A DNA stretch of 51,885 nucleotides, filler included, from Sphacelaria rigidula (taxonomy: Eukaryota): NCBI GenBank assembly GCA_964200075.2. It is 4 parts of 4 records of this genome, joined end to end, with 100 filler letters (N's around TTAATTAATTAA, not from the genome) between each part and the next. Parts side by side here need not be neighbours in the genome. Positions count along the whole stretch, not along the records: positions 1 to 12,898 come from CAXNAA020003324.1; 3 more parts are not named here. One strand, given 5' to 3'. How positions within the stretch are numbered: the first letter of the stretch is position 1; the number at the start of each line of letters is the position of its first letter. This document shows positions 1 through 12,998 of this stretch, one piece after another. Both the position numbers and the translations under genes were made by a program. Under the pieces are notes generated by a model. That model was given only the letters and a program-made list of their open reading frames with translations, was not told the origin of the DNA and did no database searches.

Positions 1-661
1 GCACGAAAGTACACCCCAGGTACATTTGTCTTGAGAAACCTGCGATGGCAAACTCCAGGGACGACTACTAAGCGCAACGAAAGCCAACTCGGGATAACGG
101 GTGAGATAGGGCATCGACAGCGCCTCCATCAATCGTAGCCAATGGCGGTTTGCTAGACATCTGAGAAGATGTTGTAAGCATATATCGGGAAGGTTGTAGC
201 GTAAGGTCAACAGGTGGGTGAATCGGAGAAACGGGAGCTGGTGGGCGTCCTGGGCTCTGGACACTGGGCTGTTCTCCACGGACCCGAAGCAAGTTCTGGT
301 CATCAACAACGGTGAGCTACAAGTACCCCCTTGAGTAGTGTACTCCACTCGCAGCGAATCAACGCCACCTTTTTTGTCGAGTAGAGTCACGTAGCTCCCG
401 AAGTGGTAGACCCGAGACCGCCCGAACAGCACCGATCAAGGTTCCGTAACAGGTGTGAGTACTGGTCATTCCGCACATTTAGGGAAGGAACGAAGATAGG
501 CGAAGGGCTCTCCGCAAGGAGGGACACGCCTACTTCATCCGACAGACCTCAAACTGGACACAGAGGCGAATGATTGTGCTCAGTAGAACCTGACCAACGC
601 ATCCAATCTGATCGCCAGCAAGGAGACCCTTTGGAAGAACAGGTGCAATCGAATCTGAGGG

Positions 662-730
662 GGGGCGTACTCACTTGTTGCTTGCCTTGGTCGCTTGACC
701 ATTGACCACGTATCCCGTTCGAGACGGAGC
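662..730 (+). repeat. ~69-bp dispersed micro-element, family A, copy 1
   Basis: ggggcgtactca.ttgttgcttgcctt.gtc..ttgaccattgacc...gagacggag also occurs at 25819-25887 (+) and 39001-39069 (-) with the same boundaries. Confidence 0.85.
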
Positions 731-899
731 ACCGCTCCTACTCGTAGTGGAGACACCTTCAACATTCCGGCGCGCGTTACGCTTCTTCTATAGCTCATTA
801 CGTTTATCCCATACTCTGCGCAAAACCATTTTACGTAGCTTATACATCAGACGATTTCATGCCTCCTTCGTTCACGTCCCGCATTTATCCCTCTAGCAC

Positions 900-3700
900 G
901 TGTTGCTCCTCCTTGTACAGCTCACAATGCGCCCATTTATGACTTCTGCTCTCGATTGCTTTGCCACAGAGGTAGTTTTGTCTATCAACTTCCTCTTTCC
1001 GATTACTGGTATACCTTTTTCTATTTTTCTGTTCCCCGTTTTCTCAGAGCGTGTTTCAGATTCGTTTTTCAAAAACGTTTGTATCGTGATAACCCTAACC
1101 GAAAAGATCACGCCTTGGGACCTCATCCGTCGACGTCGCTTTGGGACGATGTCTCGTCTGAGGAATCTGACTCGCTATCCTCTGAACAATCTGTCTGGCT
1201 ATCGCTATTGCCTGAAGATTCGTCATCGGACCCTTCAAACGAACATTCAGAGGAACTCCTCTCGCTACGACTGTCGTCCGCGGATTCGTACTCCGACCCA
1301 TCTGGCGAACATTCATCATCCAATCCACGTATCTGCCACTCGCTAGACTGCTCGGCATTTATACCGATCAAATACCGGCGAAGATCGTACCCACGCTTCC
1401 GTATTTTGTTTTAGAAAGGGAGAGTGGCGATCGAACTATGTCGTGATTCCGTGGCTCGGGCAATTACCCTCTTGGCAGCCTTACTTATGTCACCACTATC
1501 CGCAGAAAATGTCAAACAAACCTCGACTCTGCACAGCGAAATTGCCCCGTGCGCACGATATCAAGTTCTCTGGAATCGTGATTTCGTGTGCGCGTGTCGT
1601 ACAGCATGAACAGACTCTCCACCAACTGCTGTTTGACGGGCACGATATATATATAAGCTCGCAAGCCCACTCGTACACCAACGGAAAGGACCAGATCTGC
1701 GGAAAACTGGATTCCCTCCGTGAGGGGTTATCCTCGTCATCGTCGACCGTTTCGCGACAAACGTCCGCCACTCCAAAGGCGGATTCAGCGTAATCTTTTG
1801 CATGCTGACGGAAAGTGGGGTCATTGTGGAGAAGTGAATAGAATCCCATCGTCAGCCTATCTTTTGCTTGTTGTGTGTCCGCACTACTCAGGTCATCTCG
1901 GAGAGTATCACGAAAAGTATCCTCAAGGTCAGTACGGGGATCGCCGACGTTATCCTCTGGCAACAACACCGCCACTAAAGCCCGCGTGAATTCCTGTCCG
2001 ACAGCTGCCTCAGTAGCTGTATCTGCCCCTACCCATTCCCCGTAGTAGTATGAACTACACCCAACCCGAGCCATGCTTAGTGGTAAATGCTGATTGCGGT
2101 CACCCCACTTGTCCCATTTCTCGTCCATCTCCGGGAAGAAGCCTCCGTCCGTACCGAAATTTTCCATGAAGGGTTCTATCTGCGAAAGACATCGAGAGCG
2201 GTGATAGTGCGATCGAGCATTTGTGACCCAAACCATGACGGACCTGCGTTGGTTTTTACAACCATACTGCATGAAAGAGTAGATCGAAAGTTCAACCGTC
2301 GGAAGTACAGATATTACTCAGAGGCGAGAATGCGATACAGATTCAAACGGTCGGCACCACACGACACCTGGTACTATGAGGGAGCACTGATACACAAACG
2401 AGCTACCGTTTGCAACCCATGACACGAGTATTCACCTCTGCCGTTCTGAAGTGCGCCCGCGCGAAGTCCAGCGAATCAGGGAAATATTTATCCGGATGCT
2501 GGCGCAGCTCCTCTCGCCTCCGCTTAAAATCGAGAGAAAAATCAGCAACCTCAGCGAAGCGCAACCCAGGCGGGAGGCGTTCAGCGAGGTTGCCTCCATC
2601 CTTCATAAAGTAGCCGCCTTTTCTACGCAACCAATTGTACGCCCACGCCATTACATTTTCCAGCAACTCTCGGGCGAACTTGGCGTGCAGACGCATGCGG
2701 GGATTGGTCAGCATGGCCGTTGTCTTGAGCCAATACGACACAAATACAGGTTTTAGGAGCCTAAGTCCTCCCCAATCCCGGAAACGCCAGAGGAAATCAT
2801 CCCAACGTTCGTCGAGAAGGACGCAGGCTTCGAGACCGACCATCCAACGCGTCTCCATGGGCCGGATAAACTTCTTCTTCCACATGACTCCACGGGTATC
2901 GCACACTACCTTCTGTACTTTTGCCCATCCGACCGGACCGTCTTTGCTCGTCACGTACCAAGCTTGCCCCAACAAGGCGAAAAGATGCTGGCGATTCCAC
3001 TCATGCCAGGATCCCTTACCGCGCGGCCCCATGAACAAATGGCTGTCTAAACCGTCCGTGATCGAGACATGCAGTATGTGCAAGAAACAACCCACCCATA
3101 TGACAGATATTTGGGAATCTTCGGGTTCGTCCGGGTCACGGGGACGTGCCCCTGCTTCTCCTGCCGGTGCACCGTCCTGGTTTTGCGGACCCCTTGAAAG
3201 CGGCTGCGCAGTGTTCGCGGCTTCGCCCGACATGAATCACCAATACTCGTGTATAGTATTTCGCGTTCTACGTGCGTATCTGCGAGTGCTCGTAAGTAGA
3301 CACGTCGGCTACAAGGCAATACGGGGCTGACCCTTGGACGGCCAAAGCAGGTGATCTGCCGAATCGGCATCAATTTATCTTGCAAACAAAATGCATGATG
3401 CAAATGGACCACCCTCGCAGTCGGCTTTGTTTTGATGGTTCATTCGTTTTTGCTCCAACCGTACTTTCCGTATTGATTTCTGTAAACACCATGCCACCGC
3501 GTCGTTTTTTCGTCGGCAGTTTGAGTACGTTGTGATGCCACATACAGCGATGTTGGGGTTCAGAGTTCAGAATGTATTCTGCACCCTCTCGATGTGCATT
3601 TTGGATGTATTGTGTCGTTTTCTTCCGATGACGTAACACGCATTTTGCCCCAAGACGCAGGATAAACCGCAAAAGTCGGTCTGTTCGTGCTTTTGGTCGG
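900..3700 (-). pseudogene. Degenerate hAT-superfamily DDE transposase (boundaries approximate)
   Basis: ORF 2403-3233 has IWVGCFLHILH (hAT CxxH) and RPMETRW (TRW motif). ORF 1496-2272 reads IWSFPLVYEWACELIYI and, after a 2-bp slip in an (AT)n run at ~1645-1655, VPVKQQLVESLF, resembling the hAT C-terminal dimerisation motif W..FP.L..A...L.iP....ER.FS. Acidic Ser/Asp tail at 1123-1371. Stops and frameshifts separate the pieces. Confidence 0.65.
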
Positions 3701-5892
3701 TGACACTTTTTTGGCTCATTTTGGGGGGTCAGGCGCACCCATAACTGTACTCACCTAAGTATACGCAATAACCACGGAGCAGTCGTGCGGCACACGAGGG
3801 AGACATGTCGACTACGGGCCGTTCTCACCGCCCAGTAATTACTCACGGGGAAATCAGTACCGTATTGTGGGCGTATATGACTAGAGCATGGCGTCACACG
3901 CCATGATAATAGGCAGTGCGCCGCACCGCAGCGAACACGCTGCCCCCTGTATATGCGCCTGCTCCTTGCCACGCGACGGCTTACGCTACACCAGACCGTA
4001 TATACCGTCCAGGGGTGGACCACTGGCGATCGAATCACGGAGTCGTCGTGCTCGTGTTTGCGCACTTCCATGTTGGACAACAAATGCTTCCCATCTACGC
4101 AGCAACAGCAACATACCTGCTTGCTCACCCCGTCGAGATATGCTTCTGAGCTGCTCTGTGCCGCCAGTTATCCGTACCGATGTGGAGACCTCTCCTTCAT
4201 GGACGTCTGCGCTTCTTTGGGCCACGATGTTTTCAAATCTTGGACCATGACTGTCTACAAGTATTGCCGTAGATGATAGATTAAAGTTCTGGACATTGCC
4301 TCCATAACATTGAAAAGTAATAACACTGCATAACTGTGGTGCATTTTTCTCACAACATTTCTGTGACATGAGGGGGCAGTCGGACAGGCCAGGGCGTGAT
4401 CGACCGGCTCTTTGGGGATGCTGCAGCAGCACACATGAGTAAAAATACCGACTGTAAAAGGCCCTGTGAGTTGATTGCAGAATGCCTTCTTCCTGTGAGG
4501 TGTATGCGCAGATACACCCAAATATACCACCAGCCATACACTTTTGAGACGGTGCGGGAGCGTACACTCGTAGCAGCACTGCAGGCAAGTAGGTAGCTCC
4601 TGGATTGTTTCTGCTCTTCACTTCAAAAGTGCGTGTGTCTGCGAACGGCGACCACCGCGCTTGACCCCAACAGCTCCAACACCGCTGCCGGGGCACACAA
4701 CGTCTGAGGAGATAAATACCGCCAACCCGCGGTGCTTTTTACTCTACGGCATGCTTGCGAGCGCCGCGGCGTCCGCCATGGGCAGCTCTGCGGAGTATTG
4801 TGCCGGGGTCCGAAATATTTGGCGTTCGCCAATTGTGAAGGCTTGGCAAAAAAATCTAGCCGCTTCATTTTCGGAGAACGCCAAACGCCAGGTGCGAAAA
4901 CGCCTTAAATCTAAAATCTGGGCGACCTCCGAAAAAACTGTGTCGATAATGAGGACCCCAAAGAGGACACAAGTGAGACGAGAATTTGACGAACTTCGAC
5001 GCGCAGTATGAGTGCTGACTTAATCTATGATACGAACATGCCAGGTAGGTCTATCAGGAGAGATGGCTTGATGCCTTGAGATGGCGGACTCGTCTCTATA
5101 AAGTCCTGGCTGAGTGTCGTTTTCCTGGAATTGAGACTGTTCGAAACGATTGAGAAATGAGAATGGGAAGCGGTCAATATGTTGGTCGGACTGGCGGGTC
5201 TGCTCAATTGTGCTGTAGAACTAGTTCTAAACTTGGGGGTAAGTTCCGCTATTCTGCTCGAGGGGACGGGAGTACCGGCCGCAAATTGTTGGCTGAAGGC
5301 TGTGAGACAGGCAGGAAAGCGTCATCAGACTGCCAATCCTATTGCAAGGGCGTGGAATTGTCGTTTTTTTCTCAGCTGTTGTTCCTACGAAGGTGAGATC
5401 CATCTAAGCTTCGCCGCTTCTCTTTGGCGTTGTAATCCAACAGGTTCTAGGTATAATATCCTTACTGCATCAGTTGTTGACTTATTACTGGCTCGAATCG
5501 TGCGACGTGTACATTATAGGAAGATGAGCAGTCAAAGACATTTCGTCGATCTCGTTTGATAATCGACGAGATGATTAAATGTGGGGCTCTGCTCCCCGAG
5601 ATAACCGAGACAGGAGAACTGATCTCCGAACTGGAAAGAGGGTGTTATCCATCGTCACATTTTGTGTCTGACACTTTTACAATAATTATGTTACTAGCGT
5701 CAACACTGCTGCGTGCAGGCTGCAGTACCGTCTGTTGTACATGTTGTAGTCATGACTGCGTAATGCAACACGAGCCTAGGAGAAAACCCTTACTGTTAGG
5801 CCGGTCCGCTGTTTCCAAAATGAACGCAATCCTTATCCAGTTATGAGATTGCGCATGCTGCACTTGGATATAAGTCGGACAACGAATGCTAT

Positions 5893-6200
5893 CACTGAGT
5901 TGTGTTGTGTAACCCATCTCTTGAGGTACAGCTCACCCGGCCAGATCTTGCACGGATGAGTTATGTTCTCCAGCTCACCTGACCAGAATATGCACCGCTG
6001 GGTCAGGTTCATGACTGACCCGGTCAGAAAATGGACCACTGAGTTGCGTTGTAGAACTCACCTGACCATGGCATGCAACGTTGAAATATGTTCCCCAACC
6101 CACCCCAGGAGAAAATGCACCGGGAGCTATATTCTGTTATTGACCCAGCCAGCATATACACCCACGATTTATTTTGCTATAACTCACCCGATCAGAATAT
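5893..6200. repeat. Degenerate ~41-42-bp tandem repeat, block 1 (~7 units)
   Basis: Recurring unit approx. ctcacctgaccagaatatgcaccgctgagttgtgttgtataa. Confidence 0.8.
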
Positions 6201-7245
6201 AGAGGAAAGTGTCCCATTGAGCCCAGAGCCACATGAAGCACACTTTGGGAAAAGCGTTGACAAAATGACACTCACTACATGGAACTCCTCTTTTTTTCAT
6301 TCGCGACGGTGGCTGTACTTCGTTTGCGCGACCTCGTCAGAGCTACAGCAGTCGTAATCACTGGGTCTGGCCGTGCAGGGTGATGTTAGTGTAGTGTCGA
6401 TCGTGCTGCTAAGGACGGAACAAAAGGTGACACGACATGTAGACTTGAGCGTGGCCCAAACGGCCCGAAGCACCGACAGGAGCAAGCACATGGTTTCTCC
6501 GGCAACTGAAAAGGCTATTTTAGCGTTGTACAGCCCTCGCCATCTGAAGAGCAGATGTGAAAAGAGTCCAGCAGTCGGTCCTACAGCAGTTTTGACCAGC
6601 CAAGATTTTTTTTCATATTGCTTTTAACTGTGACCCGGGCGAAATCAGAAGCGTGTGACCATGTTTGAACCCCCATAAAATGACCAAACTGGGGTCAAAA
6701 TCCTTTTGGGGAGGGGAGCCCTGACACATCCACACAGCAATCAATCAATGCATCAAACGATTGGTTTTGAGTCGCCTGCCCTGCACGGGGCACGCATGAA
6801 GTAAAAATAGACGAGAAATTGCCCCGAAATCGACGGTCCTGAACCCCGTGGATGTGTGATTTTGTCCGCGGATATGGGCATGAGAGTGTGTGTGTGTGTG
6901 TTTTTTTTTTTTTCGAGTGATGAAGTACACACATGATGTGCACACCAAATATTGGGGTCTGAAACGTTCCAGAACGCAGGCAATCGCATAATACGCAAGA
7001 AAAGTGCTTGATAGGACAGCATTCGTACTTTCAGACTTTCCTGCGCGGAGGAAGCATGAACAGCAGAGCCGCTACCGCCTCTCCCTATCTCTCTCTTTGT
7101 CTTTTCTTTATTTTTGGATGTTGGAGAGTAGTCTAAGCTGTCGTTGGATACTGAAATATTGGTTCAAGTCTAAACATTGACGACAAACCAGCCACTGGCG
7201 TCAGGGGTGGCTTAAGGTGGGCCTAATGCGGCACTTTCCTTTACA

Positions 7246-7400
7246 CAGCTGGGTTATGTTGATAACTGACCCGACCAGAATGTGCACCGCTAAGTCATGT
7301 TCTAAAATTTACCAGATCGGAAAATGCACCGCTGAGTTGTGTTGTATATCTCACCTGACAAGAATGTGAACCGCTGAGTGATGTTGCTATAACCCACAAG
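7246..7400. repeat. Same ~42-bp tandem repeat, block 2 (~3-4 units)
   Basis: actgacccgaccagaatgtgcaccgctaag..., aaaatgcaccgctgagttgtgttgtatatctcacctgac... in the same orientation as block 1. Confidence 0.8.
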
Positions 7401-8224
7401 CGAGTTTCGGGGCCAAGAGTGAACTAGAGTCAACCTGAGTTGACCTGTCCGACGTGTGGATATGTCATATGTTCAACCACCAGCGTCTCACAGCCATGAA
7501 GTTGTTGATTTCAGCTTTCCAGTCTGATATGGCCACTGCCGGCCATGCTGGTCGTTGTCGGTTGTGCGAACCTAGCAGGATAATCGTGTGTATGGGCTAC
7601 CGACTTTTTCGTTCGGTCTTACTATACTATCAAAGTCTTCCGGTTGTCGCGCAGTGAGTTCGCACCAACACTGGACTTGATGTAGGTTCCGTATATTTTA
7701 CGCAAGAGTGGGTCGACGGCGTTATTGTTGGACGGCAACGTTCACGTGACCGGTGTCACGCCTGATCAAGTGTCACGCTTTAATACCACATCTCAAATAA
7801 CACACGGTGCAGTCAGTAGAAATGACAGATTATGAAACGACAACGATATCGGCCTTCAACTTTAATCCATGTTTATGACTACCTCCTGCAACGACTCGAG
7901 CTCAGTTCTACCACGGCAGGGGACAACCTAACGGCGGATAGTTTCCAACAGCTAGTACGACAAATGCTCATTTTTGTTCAGCGCAACGTTCATATTCCAT
8001 GCTGAACCCCGGAACACGATTCCACAAAACTAACGCTGCACTTTCTGACATGCAGTGCTACTAAATATTCGGATACGAGCAGGGCATGCTGGAAGGTATC
8101 GTTCGGGACAAGGAATGCGCCCCTAGCTTGACAAAAAACACTCCGAGATTTATTCCTCGTTGTTGCGTCTTCCCCCATGGCCTTCTCGTTTCCGGCAATG
8201 GTGTACGAGGATCACGTTAGGGCT

Positions 8225-8420
8225 CGGTGTGTGTGTTGGTGTTGTAGTACCATCTATTCTGGACGCGAGGCTATACATTCGGCATTCCTGTGCGCATCAT
8301 GTGAGGTCGCACAAGAGGACGGTAAACACAGGATCTTTCAAGTTTGATCTGGTACTCTACCTCCCTTCTGGGGTGCTTATCTGCCTTTTCATCCCGAGGA
8401 GGGTTCGACAACCCCTTTCA
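8225..8420 (-). mobile_element. tRNA-derived SINE, 3' half
   Basis: ccatctattctggacgc...ggtgcttatc... is the reverse complement of the 3' part of the SINE at 24146-24525. Confidence 0.7.
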
Positions 8421-9897
8421 CGCTCTTTACATCAGACGCAACAGCTTTCCGCTTCTCAAACAACAGACGCGGGGGGGAATATGTCGATATATATCGTTCA
8501 ACACAACACATGGTGAAATGCGTTTTTTTATGAGGAGACAGAAAATGTCGCAACCGTCCATCGATGGCCCCCTGCAACTGTAATCGATCAAAATCACTGG
8601 CCATCAATGGATCTTATATACCAAACTAGATTCCGGGATGTAGCTATAGACAGATAGCCATTACCGTCACCATAATATTTGGTGAGCCGTGTATCGACAG
8701 CCATGCCGTCATCAGTAGATTTGGTAACCCACCTATTGATAGCCATGCCGTCACCAAAAATGTGTGAAAAATCTATCGATGGCCTTCGCCAACGATAGAT
8801 TTGGGGGTATCCATCAATATACATTGTCAACAATGGGTCCTTGCAGGTAGTATCTATCGATAGCCAATGCCGCCAACAAACCGTTTGGAATGATCTCTCT
8901 ATATAAATATCTTCTGCTCACCGCAGTGCTCTCTGGGCACCAACGGCACTACACCAAACACAAACTTTACCCACGTAGCTACTCGAGGTCATTACGTGTA
9001 ATAGCTTTTGTGGAAGTCAGGTCCATCCACCGCACACTGTGAATGCTTGCACGCAATTCAGAGCCTAGCGCGACTGAATTACTTATATCGATAGACGACT
9101 TGGCCAGCCCATTGTCGCGGCAATGATGGATTCTGTCCCTTGTTCCGAGTATGTCGTTACCAGGTTCCGTCGATAGACAGGGATGTCAGTCGACTGTGGC
9201 TGACAATGGACACCAATAGCAATTGGCACACAGTCTGTTGATCAGGGAATAGGCACATCTCACTTACGCACGTAGGTCCTCTAAGCGGTCTTGTCCGTCA
9301 TAGGGAGAACCATGAGTACCAACACCACACCAACAAGAAAACATACGACGGTTCTGAATTTGTCGAGTTGGGATGACAAAGTTTTACAAGTTTCCGTGGT
9401 GTCATCATATATATCTACCGCATCGTCATCTGCGGCCTCTGTAGCGTGTTTGAAGAGAGTATATGCTCTTTACACAGTATATCGACTTTCCCGTGTGACT
9501 ATAGATTCTGGTGTGTATCAACCCATAAGCAGACTTTGTACACAATCTATCGATATTCATTGCCGACATCAGCAGTTGTGGTACACAATCGAAAGCCCTT
9601 GTCGTAGTCAATAGACCTAATACATAATCTATCGATTGCCATTGCCGTCATTAATAGATCTGCAAAACTATCCATCGATGTATTCGGTCGGCTTCGGTAT
9701 CCTTCGCTGTAGGGTCACAAGAGACTACTGTCCAGGCGATGGAGTGGGAAACGAGTCCATCGAAATCCATCCCCCATGACAACGGACAAACAAACCCGTC
9801 GATCGGTTTCCATTCATTTCGACGATATTGGCGTCTATTGCAGCGGACCCTAGTGCCATTGCAGCGTCTATTGTCTACCGTTCAGTGTCTGGTCGCG
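8421..9897. mobile_element. ~1.5-kb non-coding insertion with ATCGAT-rich ~42-45-bp degenerate repeats; probable non-autonomous DNA element
   Basis: Lies between two SINE halves that rejoin when it is removed; repeated tatcgatagccatgccgtca-like units at ~8640-8880 and ~9480-9680. Confidence 0.55.
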
Positions 9898-10063
9898 TTC
9901 CCACGTCGACCGTCGGGTCGAACTTGTGTACCCACCATGAATTCGCTCTCCGCTGTTGGGCATGATGTGAGAGATGATCCCAGATCGTTGACTTTGCCGA
10001 GATTTGAACCCAACGTCCCAAAATGTCAGAAGGGTTCGTGGTCACCGGCTGAGCCACCGGGGC
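9898..10063 (-). mobile_element. tRNA-derived SINE, 5' half
   Basis: Reverse strand has A-box tggctcagccgg and B-box-like ggttcaaatc, followed by a body matching 24146-24310. Confidence 0.75.
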
Positions 10064-12850
10064 GGCCGGCTGTGCTCTTGGTGCACTGATAAATACGTGT
10101 CTTGTCTAAACATGACAAGTAGAGTTGTTTCGTGAGGTGATGTGTGAGAGGGGATATCAACCCTGTACTCGTTGTTTGAGCATGGAAGATGTAACCAAAC
10201 CGATCGCTGACGGCAATATTGTACTGGCAACAGCGGTTTCGTCGTATGTTGCTCGTGCCGACGACTGCGAGCCCGCTGAGCCTCACTCTTCTCTTACGGT
10301 GTATATTTTCACGTGCATGTTGCGTTTAGACAGATACAGTATGACGTCATTTGTGCATTTGTTGAGAGCTGATGTCTTCCAGCCTCCTTCGTGTTTACAA
10401 GCTAGCACAACACTGTACCGTTGGTGATCGCTGCAGCGTGGTGTAGTTTGTCCTGGCGAATTGGGTGGAAAGTGTGCAGCTTACGTCTCGAAAACTGGCG
10501 ATACTTGTCATCATCTACGATTGTGCGGAAATTCGAGCGTGTATAAAGGTACGGAAAGGACGGCCGGCTTGACACTGGTGACTGGTGATCATCTCTTGAC
10601 CGGTCTAAAGAGTCACTTGGGCATCTTTGAACTGGATGGTAAAAGTGAAAATGTCACGTGACCAGCATAGGACTGGTCCCAGTCGAGGAATATCGGCACT
10701 TAAATTGACAGGCTTCGATTTCAGATACATGAAAAACCGATCATGCGTGAAATCGAACAAGTCCTCTTGTTATGTGTGTAGCAATAGCGTGCAAAGTATA
10801 CAAGCTTCGAACCTTCACGTAGTCTTCCTGCACGGGGCGAGGATGATGACGATACAAAGAAAAGGTCGGCGTTCTTCATTCCCTCAGGAAACCGGCAAGG
10901 GCACATTGTGGTGTAAGATCAGAAGCAACACACACATGGGCACCTTTGACGATACATATTGTTGCAGTGATGATCGTAGCAATACAGGCATGTGAAAGGG
11001 TACCCATTCACAGAGTCTGCGAGCTGCGGCGCTCGTAGCCTGTCGATGCGAGGAAGATTGTACGGTGACCGTCTGACCGACAATATATTGTGGGGGGGCC
11101 GATAATCGAAGCCGTTGCGCGCGAATGTTGGTTGAACTTCACGGCTGTATCAAAGGAGAAAAGGCTTCTGTCACGACCTCTCGAGCAGTCACTTTTGTTC
11201 GACATAATGTAGACAGCATATCGCCCCCGGGCCGAGGTCATGATCGTCTTTCTTTCTGCTGTGTGGGAGTTCAAGCTGTGTGTAAGGCATCTGGTAGATA
11301 TCAGATGCCACGGGGGTGTTATTATTCCTCTCTATACGACTCGTTTTTGTTCTTGCTCGTGTTCCGGACAAGGTGCAGGGTCGATCGCACAATAGCTGCA
11401 AAGCAACATCTGATGACCAACCGCGACATCCGCGATGGCCACGTTAGTGTATAACGCAGGTCCGACTCCCTGCTCCAGCTTAGATAGTGTGTAATGGCAT
11501 GGAACCAATCGCTGACGTCTCAACGACGATCCGAAGCTGATTTGGTCTCACGTGAATGAAGATGATCGTCCACATGTCCATGAACCAACTTCCAGGTTCC
11601 GCAAAAGCTTGGTGTCCAAAGCAACGGTTCTATTGATTTATCCAAATGATAGCGCACTGCATTCTCGGTTTAGTACTGCATGTACGCACGTCGGTACCCA
11701 TCGTACTGTCTGAATGTTCAGGGGACCCTCTTTCTCCCATCATTCCGCCACATGCACTACTGCTTATGCCAATAGCTTAACCAGCGCTACTAGCCTACTC
11801 ATGCTCAACAAACTGCTTTCGACGATCACTTCGGAATGTACGTGACGGAGGTCTGACCGAGATGGAGGCATTGACGAGCTTCCAACGCCCCATCAATGGC
11901 TTGTAAGAGTAGCTTTGCTTGCCTGTCGGTCGCCGTTTATTCCTCCTTGCATCGCTGACTTGGCAACAGACACGCAGCTGGAGGCGTATCATAATCTTGC
12001 ACTAACGACTTGTTGATGGGGATACTGCGGTAGAGAGCTGTTGGCGTATCTCCTCAGACGGGCGGATACGTGTAGGGTGATGACTGGGTGATGGATGATA
12101 CGATACAACCCACACCAACACGTTTAGAACATGTATGAGCTGTGAAATGCCTCCTGCATGTGATGCACGTGTAATCTCTGTGGTGACACGAGATCTTCTG
12201 ACATGAGAAACCCTCCGCTCAAGGTACATTGTTTCACGTGCCTACAGCTCAGGTGTTCTCCTTCCATGGCTATTAGCAAACCTTGCAGGCGTGCGAGATG
12301 GCAGTGCCAGCACCCAATCGCTGTCATCTTTACAGGAAGGGGCTGTGACGTGTATACAACAAGCTCATCCCGTGCAGAAGCTATGAGTACTGCGGGCCTC
12401 GGACAGGAGCGAAGTAGTCCATTTCTAGCGGGCAGAACGACGATGGCGTTGTTCGATTGGATGGACTTCTAGAAACGTCTTGTCGCCTTACCTTTCGTTT
12501 CGATGTGGAGTGCAGCACAGGTGGAATGTGCTAATCACGCGGGGAAAGCTTGTGCACGAGTAAAATTGTGCTTGTCGTGCACATGCCTTGCGTGCTTCCC
12601 CAGCGGTGTATGCTGTGAAACTCGTGAAGTGTTGCATGGGGTCCGTCCTACTCGACGAAGAGTTATATAGCGAAGTTGTTCCCTCCCCATCATCAGCAGG
12701 CTCGAGTATTGGGGTCGGATGTTCAAGGAAAATCAATACTTGAAGGTCTACATCGATTGCCACCCCAACCGGACTGCCTACATTGTTTCGGGCGATCCCT
12801 ATTCGTCAGACGTTGTTTTTTGTTTTTCCTCGCACTTTGAACCCCTCCCC

Positions 12851-12890
12851 TTCCTCGGGATGGGTCCGTGGTCTCAAGGGATCAACCCAT
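12851..12890 (+). repeat. 40-bp dispersed micro-element, family B, copy 1
   Basis: ttcctcg....g.gtccgtggtctcaagggatcaa..cat also at 20151-20190; both sit between C-rich flanks. Confidence 0.75.
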
Positions 12891-12898
12891 CTCTCCCC

Positions 12899-12998
12899 NN
12901 NNNNNNNNNNNNNNNNNNNNNNNNNNNNNNNNNNNNNNNNNNTTAATTAATTAANNNNNNNNNNNNNNNNNNNNNNNNNNNNNNNNNNNNNNNNNNNN
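12899..12998. other. Artificial contig spacer (44 N + TTAATTAATTAA + 44 N)
   Basis: N runs around a linker with stops in all six frames; same structure as the other two gaps. Confidence 0.97.

Noticed and set aside
3986-4696. 236-aa ORF
   Set aside because: No recognisable motifs or coding bias
5893-7400. CRISPR-like array
   Set aside because: Units are contiguous and degenerate over their whole length with no unique spacers; eukaryotic context and no cas genes
10100-12800. Possible decayed retroelement
   Set aside because: Looks like eroded coding DNA, but I could not recover any diagnostic motif
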